Shown here piece after piece: positions 1-7,348 of a stretch of 64,000 nt of DNA. Under the pieces are notes generated by a model. The model had not been told where the DNA came from, ran no database searches, and saw nothing but the letters and a program-made list of their open reading frames with translations. Location of the stretch: the IMG/VR virus record IMGVR_UViG_3300034104_003795, positions 1 through 64,000 of that record; one strand, written 5' to 3'. How positions within the stretch are numbered: the stretch's first letter is position 1; every line of letters starts with the position of its first letter. A program made the translations under genes and the position numbers.

Positions 1-1615
1 TTCTTACAAAATCATAATAAGCAAAATTAGCTACTTCTCTAAATTCAGGTCTTGCCAATGTTTTACTTAATGAGAATCTATACTTTACTTTATCTAAATT
101 ATAAGAAAGGTTTAATGATGGTAAAATATCTAAATACTCTCTATTCACATTTACTTTACTTCCACTAAAATCTGCGGTATTAACATTGAATAGATTATAC
201 TCACCTCTTAAACCTGTATTTAGTTTCCACTTTCCCCATTCGTTTTCATACATTGAGTAAAGAGAACCTAAATCAAAATCGGCAGTGTATCTATCCGTAT
301 TATTTGTTATTTCATCCAACATATCAGTTGAAAGATATCTGAATATCCTTGCATTAAAGCCTCTAATCTTTTTTAGGTAACCACCACCTATTTTAATTTT
401 ACCAAAATCTTTGTTGATATTACCATTAAAACTATTCTCATCCATTACACTCCAAAAACGATATGTATCTCTCCATGCAGTAGCATAAGGTTCGTTTACA
501 CCTAATGATTTTGTAATTGGATTAACTCTATAATCTGGTTGTTCTCTGAATATAAAATTATATCCTAAATTGAAATCTAATGTTTTAATCTTCCCATCAA
601 ATTGAGAATTGATAACAACATTATTAATATGGTTAGATGAATTACTTAAAACATTTTGAACATTATCAAAGTTATCGCCATTACGAGTTAAATATGTATC
701 ATCCGCCTGATAGTTTACTAATGTTTTCCAGCTATATCGGTTTTTACCTAAATAAGTTAAGTTTAATAAACTATTTGCGGAAAATCTTTTCGTAAACAAA
801 GTATCTCTATAATCATATGCCAATTCAGTTGATGATTGATAATCAGTTCTTTCAATATAATTTAATCCAAATGTATTTCTAATTGTTGAACTAAACAATG
901 CATTAAATTTGTTTTTCTTTAAACCAAATGATAATCCACCATTTAAGTTTGGTGATGATGTAAACCCTTCTACAATTGGATTACCAAATTGTTTTGTGAA
1001 TAATCTTTTATCACCATTACTACTAATACGATATTTGTAAGTGGATGGGAATGTGGAAGGGAATTCGGTAGCTTGAACTAACTTAAAATCTTTAAGAGAT
1101 GAAACCAAACCCCAACCACTTCCCAATGAGATATTGAAAAAGTTATCGGATACTTCTTTTGTTGTAATTTGTACCAATCCACCACTCCAATCGCCCGGTT
1201 GGTTTGCGGATGCTGATTTGGCAACTATAATATTATCAATTAATGATGTTGGAATTATATCAAATGAAAATGCTCTCCTATCAGGTTCGGTTGATGGTAG
1301 GAGTGTTTTGTTTAGGATAGCTGAATTATATCTATCTGCCAATCCTCTTACCAATACAAACTTATCGTTTTGAATTGTTACACCACTTACTCTTTTAAGT
1401 GCATCACCAACATTTCTATCAGGTGTTTTTTTAATAAAATCTATTGATACTCCATCCGATACTACGGATGAATTACGAATGGTTGTTATTACAGCTACTT
1501 CTGTAGATTTCTTACCCGCTGAACGGACTGTAATTGTGGATAGTTGTTTGGAAAATAATGTGTCTTGTGAATACGTTAGAAATGGAAGTAACATTAATAA
1601 AAGAAACGCTCTCAT
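1..1615 (-). CDS. TonB-dependent outer-membrane receptor, Bacteroidota type; runs off the left window edge; absent from ORF track
   Basis: Hand translation from ATG at 1615: MRAFLLLMLLPFLTYSQ signal peptide, then plug-domain motifs DGVSIDFIKKTPDRNVGDALKRVSGVTIQNDKFVLVRGLADRYN and FSFDIIPTSLIDNIIVAKSASANQPGDWSGGLVQITT. Confidence 0.85.
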   Translation of the reverse strand, partial: MRAFLLLMLLPFLTYSQDTLFSKQLSTITVRSAGKKSTEVAVITTIRNSSVVSDGVSIDFIKKTPDRNVGDALKRVSGVTIQNDKFVLVRGLADRYNSAILNKTLLPSTEPDRRAFSFDIIPTSLIDNIIVAKSASANQPGDWSGGLVQITTKEVSDNFFNISLGSGWGLVSSLKDFKLVQATEFPSTFPSTYKYRISSNGDKRLFTKQFGNPIVEGFTSSPNLNGGLSFGLKKNKFNALFSSTIRNTFGLNYIERTDYQSSTELAYDYRDTLFTKRFSANSLLNLTYLGKNRYSWKTLVNYQADDTYLTRNGDNFDNVQNVLSNSSNHINNVVINSQFDGKIKTLDFNLGYNFIFREQPDYRVNPITKSLGVNEPYATAWRDTYRFWSVMDENSFNGNINKDFGKIKIGGGYLKKIRGFNARIFRYLSTDMLDEITNNTDRYTADFDLGSLYSMYENEWGKWKLNTGLRGEYNLFNVNTADFSGSKVNVNREYLDILPSLNLSYNLDKVKYRFSLSKTLARPEFREVANFAYYDFVR

Positions 1616-1658
1616 AAAGTTATTTTAGGTTAGTTCCTCAATAACTATGAGAGCGTTT
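1604..1658 (-). promoter_or_regulatory. RNA hairpin sequestering the TBDR start codon
   Basis: AAACGCTCTCAT(1604-1615)+AGTTATT(1618-1624) is the reverse complement of AATAACT+ATGAGAGCGTTT(1640-1658). Confidence 0.7.
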
Positions 1659-1688
1659 GTCTAAATAGGTTATTTTAATATTAACAAA

Positions 1689-1904
1689 TTATGAAGAAAT
1701 TCCACAAAGTGTTAAAAACTCCTTTGCATTATGTATAACATCTTCTGATTTGAACTTTCTTAACATAGCTTCTGCTATTTCTTTTCTATTGGCCATATCA
1801 TCTACCATACGAAGTATTTCAGCAACACCCACAACCATATCTCTATCATTCTCATGTCCCTGTCCAACTTCTACTTCGTTGATTAAACTACTTAACTTTA
1901 TCAT
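1689..1904 (-). CDS. small protein with MIKLSSLINE N-terminus (probable virion-internal protein)
   Basis: Internal Met of track ORF 1689..1991 follows the upstream stop directly; N-terminus resembles the neighbours' MIKLTNILNE. Confidence 0.55.
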   Translation of the reverse strand: MIKLSSLINEVEVGQGHENDRDMVVGVAEILRMVDDMANRKEIAEAMLRKFKSEDVIHNAKEFLTLCGISS

Positions 1905-1905
1905 A

Positions 1906-2625
1906 TTATTTACAGGTTTTCCAGCCACCACCTTTTGATTTGTAGTTTTTTGCAGCCCATCCATTTGCATAAGCCGATGGATATACATCAAACTTCTTTT
2001 TAGCTGCAGCTTTAGATGCTGACCATTTAGCCGGGTCAGTTGGACAATTCTTTTCTAAGAATAATTCCATTTTTTGTTCTACGGTTAATTTCATATTTTC
2101 GTTTTTCTTTTTACCAGCACAATGTGCTTTTTGTGAGAAACCTTTTGGGTTACTACAATTTATTGAGTTCTTATATTTTTGAGACCATTTCTCATCAATC
2201 CCCTCACTAGCTCCTGTCTTTACAAACGTTGGTTTTTGACCTTTTGATTTTTCTCCACCTTTTTTAGCATCCCCTGCTTTAGATTGTGCAGCTCTTTTTC
2301 TTTTTACAAACGAAGCTCTACCATCTTTACCTAATTTATCAGCTTTTGCATTTGATAAACAGGCTGCATAGGCAGAACCTTTTTTAGAATCTCCACATTT
2401 TCCAACCTTCTCACCTTTGGTATTGTATCTATCCCAACCACCAGTTGGTCCACTTCCAAACCATTTACGAAGGTCTTCGCTAATTGGTGTATTATCATGC
2501 CCGCATTTGTGACATAGGTAAGGTTGAGTACCACCATCGGATATATCCCAATGCCAATTACATGAATCACAAGTAACTACATTAGCGTTCACACCTTCAT
2601 TTAATATATTAGTTAGTTTTATCAT
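1906..2625 (-). CDS. modular basic protein: MIKLTNILNE leader, CxxC/CxxC Zn finger, several Lys-rich modules (last is DUF5872-like)
   Basis: CDSC..CHKC; modules start after ISE, IDE, FLE; C-terminal KFDVYPSAYANGWAAKNYKSKGGGW. Confidence 0.6.
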   Translation of the reverse strand: MIKLTNILNEGVNANVVTCDSCNWHWDISDGGTQPYLCHKCGHDNTPISEDLRKWFGSGPTGGWDRYNTKGEKVGKCGDSKKGSAYAACLSNAKADKLGKDGRASFVKRKRAAQSKAGDAKKGGEKSKGQKPTFVKTGASEGIDEKWSQKYKNSINCSNPKGFSQKAHCAGKKKNENMKLTVEQKMELFLEKNCPTDPAKWSASKAAAKKKFDVYPSAYANGWAAKNYKSKGGGWKTCK

Positions 2626-2898
2626 TTATTTATAAAAATTGTTATAAATATGTTGCTTTATTTGAATTGGCATTCTTAATTTTCTATTTTCTAAATAATT
2701 ATCTAATTTTACTCCTTTAACAAAATACTTAAATGTAAAATTTGCATTTGGTTTTGATTTTAGTGTTATATCTACCAACGCATTTCCATTTTTATCCCAC
2801 CCTTTACTTGGATATGATAGTATAGTATCTTTGCTAAATTCTTCAAACGATACTTTTTTATCTTTTACTTCATTTAATATATTAGTTAGTTTTATCAC
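2626..2898 (-). CDS. hypothetical protein, MIKLTNILNE N-terminus, GTG start
   Basis: 30 nt at the 5' end (2868-2897) identical to 2595-2624. Confidence 0.55.
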   Translation of the reverse strand: MIKLTNILNEVKDKKVSFEEFSKDTILSYPSKGWDKNGNALVDITLKSKPNANFTFKYFVKGVKLDNYLENRKLRMPIQIKQHIYNNFYK

Positions 2899-3004
2899 TT
2901 TCTAATTTCTTTAAAATTGCTAAATTAGCTTTTACTAATTCTAATTTTTTAATACCACTTCTACGGCTTCTCATTGCTCTTGGTTTCTTTGCTTTACTTC
3001 CCAT
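2882..3004 (-). CDS. 40-aa very basic peptide (not in ORF track)
   Basis: MGSKAKKPRAMRSRRSGIKKLELVKANLAILKKLESDKTN; fills the gap between genes. Confidence 0.4.
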   Translation of the reverse strand: MGSKAKKPRAMRSRRSGIKKLELVKANLAILKKLESDKTN

Positions 3005-3007
3005 AAA

Positions 3008-3736
3008 TTATTTAGTGAATACACCTTTTTTAATCATTTTATCTAATATATTTGCACAAGCTATATCTAATGCTTTTTTAGTTGAAATACTAATAGTTGA
3101 TTGGTTAAACTTAATCGGGTCTATTGAAGCATCTGAAACTAATGTTAATTGTCTATTTGTTTTAGCCTCACCCAAACCAGATGCTGCGATGATTGAACCA
3201 TTTTCAGCATTTGTGAAACGAACCTGTAAACCTAAACGAGTTACCAAATTATCTTTGATACCATCTTTTAAATTTATTGTTTCATCTTCGGATACTGAAT
3301 AATCATATACTTCAATTTCAACAAAGTAATGTGCTAATTTAATCTTTCCTCTACCTTCAATTTTGTTTTCAGAAATACCAGCATTTGATGCTTTGAATTG
3401 AGCAACCATTCTGTTCTTAATTTCTGTTTTATCTTCGGTGAATTCAAATCTATTAAGGTTATCCAAATATTCCAATACGATATTTGCAACACCCAATCCA
3501 ACTCTCTTTTCTTTTAATTCAGGATACATTTCGTACACTTCTTCACCAATACCACATTTAAGGATTTGAATATACTTCTTTGGACCTTCGTAATCTAAAT
3601 ATGCAGATATATCTTTCTTTTTTTCAAAATCTGCTTTGAATTCTTCTGTTTTAGTACTTCCTATTGTTTGAGCATGTAGGACACCCACACCACTCGTAAT
3701 TAACAATATACCTAATAATACGATTAATTTTTTCAT
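3008..3736 (-). CDS. CsgG/HfaB-like exported protein
   Basis: Signal peptide ..VLHA-Q; GLGVANIVLEYLDNLNRFEFTE, AHYFVEIEV and LGLQVRFTNAENGSIIAASGLGEA follow the CsgG-family pattern. Confidence 0.65.
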   Translation of the reverse strand: MKKLIVLLGILLITSGVGVLHAQTIGSTKTEEFKADFEKKKDISAYLDYEGPKKYIQILKCGIGEEVYEMYPELKEKRVGLGVANIVLEYLDNLNRFEFTEDKTEIKNRMVAQFKASNAGISENKIEGRGKIKLAHYFVEIEVYDYSVSEDETINLKDGIKDNLVTRLGLQVRFTNAENGSIIAASGLGEAKTNRQLTLVSDASIDPIKFNQSTISISTKKALDIACANILDKMIKKGVFTK

Positions 3737-3760
3737 ACATAAATAATTTATTATAAATAT

Positions 3761-3788
3761 AAAAAAAGGGAGAAACGATGTTCTCCCC
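3761..3788 (-). terminator. intrinsic terminator whose U-tract abuts an ATATTTATA motif
   Basis: GGGAGAA-ACGATG-TTCTCCC stem with A7 on +; near-identical copy at 5193-5220. Confidence 0.75.
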
Positions 3789-3792
3789 TAAT

Positions 3793-4269
3793 TTACTTTA
3801 CATTTGGGTCTTCTAGATTTTTGATATATTCATCAATCAATCTACTTACTGCTTCAGGCTTTTCATCAGCCTTAAACTTAACCTTTATTTTAGCCATCCC
3901 TGCTTCACTTGGATTATATCCTGAATCAACTTCAATACCTTTGATATTGTGTTCGTATCCTTTTTTCTTAAATAAACCTAATAAAGATTTTTTAAGACTG
4001 GATACTTCCTTTTCTTCATCACCAAATATAAGTCTACAAGTAAACTCAATATCTAGCTCATCTAATCCAATAGATGAATGGTCCGCTAAAATATAAAGAG
4101 GTACAACCAAATCCTTACCACCTATATTAAAGGAAGTAGTTTTGGGTGTACCATCTTCATTGAAATAGTTTCGGAGAGCATTAATATGCTGTCTTTCACT
4201 TATACCTTGAGAAACCATAGCGGCCTCTAATAGACCGCCAACTAGTTCCTCTACATTTAATCTTGCCAT
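3793..4269 (-). CDS. DUF2589-like protein (partner of the adjacent DUF2589)
   Basis: LVGGLLEAAMVSQ..VPLYILADHSSIGLDELDIEF resembles DUF2589 pair members. Confidence 0.55.
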   Translation of the reverse strand: MARLNVEELVGGLLEAAMVSQGISERQHINALRNYFNEDGTPKTTSFNIGGKDLVVPLYILADHSSIGLDELDIEFTCRLIFGDEEKEVSSLKKSLLGLFKKKGYEHNIKGIEVDSGYNPSEAGMAKIKVKFKADEKPEAVSRLIDEYIKNLEDPNVK

Positions 4270-4293
4270 AATATAACCTTTATTTTTTAATTA

Positions 4294-4890
4294 TTACTTT
4301 GCTTCTTCAGTAAGTGGAATTAAAGATGGTTCTAACATTTGAGTTAGGTAATCTGATAATTTCAACATACCTTCAGTTGCTGGTAATTGTTCAGCATGTA
4401 CTTTTACATTGTATTTAGCTGAGTTGTCAGTACTTCTAGTGTTCTCTTTGTTTGTAGCTACTTTACCAGAAATTTTTGCATTCCAGCTCATACCCCAAAA
4501 TCTACCACCAGCTGATACTTCAACACTGCTTTCAGTTTTTACATCACTTTTTTCTGTCTCTGAAGTTTTTACTTCCATAGCAAATTCAATATCTGCTGAA
4601 GTGATTGCTAATGAAGGAAGTGGTACTAATGGTAACATAGGAACTTTACTATACAATTTTTGTATAGTTTGTTGACCTGTTGCACCATCGGTTACAACTC
4701 TGTTCATTTCAACATCTAAAGAACGTGCTTTAGTTTTTTTAGTTTTCTCGTCCGTTACGAATGCTACTTCAGAAATGTATTTCCAAGTTACTTCGTTTAA
4801 TTTTGCTTGACCTTTTGCCATACCAACAATCGGTGAAACAATCAAATCTTCAATAGGAAGACCTGCGAATTGGTCTGCGATACCTGCCAT
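4294..4890 (-). CDS. DUF2589 family protein
   Basis: QFAGLPIEDLIVSPIVGMAKGQAKL..VPMLPLVPLPSLAITSADIEFAMEV..DNSAKYNVKVHAEQ. Confidence 0.7.
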   Translation of the reverse strand: MAGIADQFAGLPIEDLIVSPIVGMAKGQAKLNEVTWKYISEVAFVTDEKTKKTKARSLDVEMNRVVTDGATGQQTIQKLYSKVPMLPLVPLPSLAITSADIEFAMEVKTSETEKSDVKTESSVEVSAGGRFWGMSWNAKISGKVATNKENTRSTDNSAKYNVKVHAEQLPATEGMLKLSDYLTQMLEPSLIPLTEEAK

Positions 4891-4965
4891 AAATTTAAAT
4901 TTTTATAATTAATTTTTTGTAACTTGTTCCAACATAAATATCCCAAAAAAGATAAAACAACCCAA

Positions 4966-5169
4966 TTATCCAAATTTTACTATTCCTTTGTACTCTTTTT
5001 TGATTTTTTCTATCTCAATAAGTGCTTCTTTATATTTTTCCTTTATTTCATCGTTTACCGTAAAATCCAAAACGGTCTCACAATGTGGACAGGCTGAGAC
5101 TGGGTGTTTGAATATAAATTCTAAAGTTAAACCAATCGGTTTTTTACAAGCTGGACAGGGTAGAGCCAT
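4966..5169 (-). CDS. Zn-ribbon protein
   Basis: CPAC...CPHC. Confidence 0.6.
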   Translation of the reverse strand: MALPCPACKKPIGLTLEFIFKHPVSACPHCETVLDFTVNDEIKEKYKEALIEIEKIKKEYKGIVKFG

Positions 5170-5192
5170 AACATTTTATTTATTATAAATAT

Positions 5193-5220
5193 AAAAAAGG
5201 GAGAAACTATGTTCTCCCTT
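5193..5220 (-). terminator. intrinsic terminator plus ATATTTATA motif
   Basis: GGGAGAA-ACTATG-TTCTCCC. Confidence 0.75.
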
Positions 5221-5257
5221 AAATACTTCCGCCCTTCCTACAGTTAAAGGAAATATA

Positions 5258-5536
5258 TTATCCTAATTCTTCTTCAGTCCCAGCATCCAATTTGTTCTTA
5301 TCGTGTTCCGCTTTTCTATTGATGTACTTATCAACCGAAGCGATACCAAATGCGCCCAATGTGATTACTAAGAATCCGTTGAAAATATATTCGTTGATTA
5401 GTAATTCCTTACCCATATAACCTGTTATCAAGTCTACGAATAATGCAAGTACCATACAACCAAATGATAAGAAACCAACTACTGATTTTTCGTTGATATC
5501 ATTGTTGTCTTTGAATAATTCTTTAAAGAATCCCAT
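5258..5536 (-). CDS. two-TM small membrane protein (holin-like topology)
   Basis: Two hydrophobic segments and a charged C-tail. Confidence 0.5.
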   Translation of the reverse strand: MGFFKELFKDNNDINEKSVVGFLSFGCMVLALFVDLITGYMGKELLINEYIFNGFLVITLGAFGIASVDKYINRKAEHDKNKLDAGTEEELG

Positions 5537-5579
5537 AATTTTACAATTTAATTAATTAATGTAACAATACATAACTAAT

Positions 5580-6239
5580 TTATCCAGCTTGTTCAGCATC
5601 TTCATCTTTAATCTTTCCACACTTCAAACATTCTTCATCGCCATCTCCGTCTAAGTCACCCCAAACGTGCTCACATTGTCTATGTGCAAAATATACATCA
5701 ATCTTACCATCACCATCAAAATCAATACCATCCATTACACCATCACCATCTTCATCTACCTCAATACCGGTTCTTGGTTGAGCTTTAAAAGGGCTTTCAA
5801 TAATGTGAGGATTATTTGGTTCTGATTTTACTTCCACTTTATTTGCTTCGATAAGGTTAATTTCATGTGCGTTTTTTGCAGCTTGTACAAATGCATCTGG
5901 AATCAATGGAGTGTTATTTGGTGGAGTTACAGGCATATCAGCAGTATTGCTTAATGATGTACCATCTTCCTCATCCATCTTTTGTACTAACATCTTATCC
6001 TTATCGGTATCACTAAACCAATAATCTATAATCTTACCATAAGAACCGATGAAAGCTCCTAATAACAATAATAGAAGTTCTTTCCATTCTCCTTCTATTG
6101 CAGATTTGTTAAATATAGCAAAGAACATTCCTGCCATAATAAACATAAATCCACCCAACACCATAGCAGTAATCCACCATCTACGGCTCATCATTTTATT
6201 TAATAGGTCTTTAAACCCACTTGGTTGTTGCTCTGCCAT
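5580..6239 (-). CDS. two-TM membrane protein with C-terminal DxDGDG Ca-binding repeats and Cys/His ligands
   Basis: DEDGDGVMDGIDFDGDGKID, CEHVWGDLDGDGDEECLKC. Confidence 0.6.
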   Translation of the reverse strand: MAEQQPSGFKDLLNKMMSRRWWITAMVLGGFMFIMAGMFFAIFNKSAIEGEWKELLLLLLGAFIGSYGKIIDYWFSDTDKDKMLVQKMDEEDGTSLSNTADMPVTPPNNTPLIPDAFVQAAKNAHEINLIEANKVEVKSEPNNPHIIESPFKAQPRTGIEVDEDGDGVMDGIDFDGDGKIDVYFAHRQCEHVWGDLDGDGDEECLKCGKIKDEDAEQAG

Positions 6240-6262
6240 TTTATATAAATTTTAGTTTTTTA

Positions 6263-6583
6263 TTACCATTCAGCTGGTTTCTCTTTGAATTCATCACCTT
6301 CTTTCTTCTTCTCCTTTGGAGCTGGTGCTGGTTGTGCCGTTCCACCATTTCCACCTTTGTTGATGATTACAGTTTTACCTGCTGCTTGAGATTGTTGGTT
6401 AGAGTTTGTAATGTTAATTACTGGAGCAGCTGCCGGTGCCGGAGTTGCTTCTTTATCATCACCGCCTGTTAATTTTGTTGTGAACCAACCACCCACACCT
6501 AATGTGATAGTTGATACAAGTCCTAATAGTATGTTCTTTATTGAACCACCACCACTTGATTGTTCTTGTTGTTCTTCTGCCAT
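6263..6583 (-). CDS. single-TM protein with low-complexity Pro/Ala/Gln tail
   Basis: ILLGLVSTITLGVGGWF; PAPAAAP. Confidence 0.55.
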   Translation of the reverse strand: MAEEQQEQSSGGGSIKNILLGLVSTITLGVGGWFTTKLTGGDDKEATPAPAAAPVINITNSNQQSQAAGKTVIINKGGNGGTAQPAPAPKEKKKEGDEFKEKPAEW

Positions 6584-6610
6584 TTTGTTTTTATTTTAAT
6601 GTTACAAATT

Positions 6611-6982
6611 TTATAACTTATTGAAATCAGTAATACCAATCATCTTACCATTTGCATCATATAGAGCTATTCTATAAGCTGATGCCGGTAAAGCGGTAGT
6701 ATATACTTTTAATATATTATCTCCAGAATTTGCGTACATTGTTTCTTTAGATACTACTCTATTTGCAATATCTAAAATTTTAACTGTCACATTTCCTGCA
6801 GTTTCTAGCTTTACGTTCATAGCCACTTCCGAAGTGACAAATTGAGATTGTAACTTAATACCAGCGGTTGCTGACATTTTTAATTCTGCGTTTGGATTTA
6901 CAGGTTGAATCATATCAATTGGAGATTTTCTACATCCAACCAAGATGATTACTCCAAATAACACTAATAATACTTTTTTCAT
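6611..6982 (-). CDS. lipoprotein with T9SS-CTD/FlgD-like Ig domain
   Basis: Lipobox ILVGC; GNVTVKILDIANRVV..GDNILKVYTTALPASAYRIALYD. Confidence 0.6.
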   Translation of the reverse strand: MKKVLLVLFGVIILVGCRKSPIDMIQPVNPNAELKMSATAGIKLQSQFVTSEVAMNVKLETAGNVTVKILDIANRVVSKETMYANSGDNILKVYTTALPASAYRIALYDANGKMIGITDFNKL

Positions 6983-6994
6983 TTTAATTCTATT

Positions 6995-7348
6995 TTAATT
7001 TATTATCAGTAACGTTTTACCTATTTGGACACTATTCTCATCTTCCAAAGATAAATATAAATATCTAACAGGTAACGATTTTGTGTATAACTTTAAGGAA
7101 TTTTCCCCAATTTTACCAATTATTCTTTCTCTAGTAACTACTTGCTGACCTACTGAATCAAAAAGAGTAAGTGTATATATTCCTTCCGATTTTAAAGTGA
7201 ACTTAAATTGTTCTCCGTTTCCAATAGATGCTTCTTTAACAGAAAATATATCTTCTACTTTTGGTGGTGGGGTTGGTTCTACTTCTACTTTTCTACAAGA
7301 GATTATAAAAACAACACAACACAATAAGATTAATATTAACTTTTTCAT
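6995..7348 (-). CDS. lipoprotein with T9SS-CTD/FlgD-like Ig domain (paralogue of neighbour)
   Basis: Lipobox IISC; YTLTLFDSVGQQV..GENSLKLYTKSLPVRYLYLSLED. Confidence 0.6.
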   Translation of the reverse strand: MKKLILILLCCVVFIISCRKVEVEPTPPPKVEDIFSVKEASIGNGEQFKFTLKSEGIYTLTLFDSVGQQVVTRERIIGKIGENSLKLYTKSLPVRYLYLSLEDENSVQIGKTLLIIN

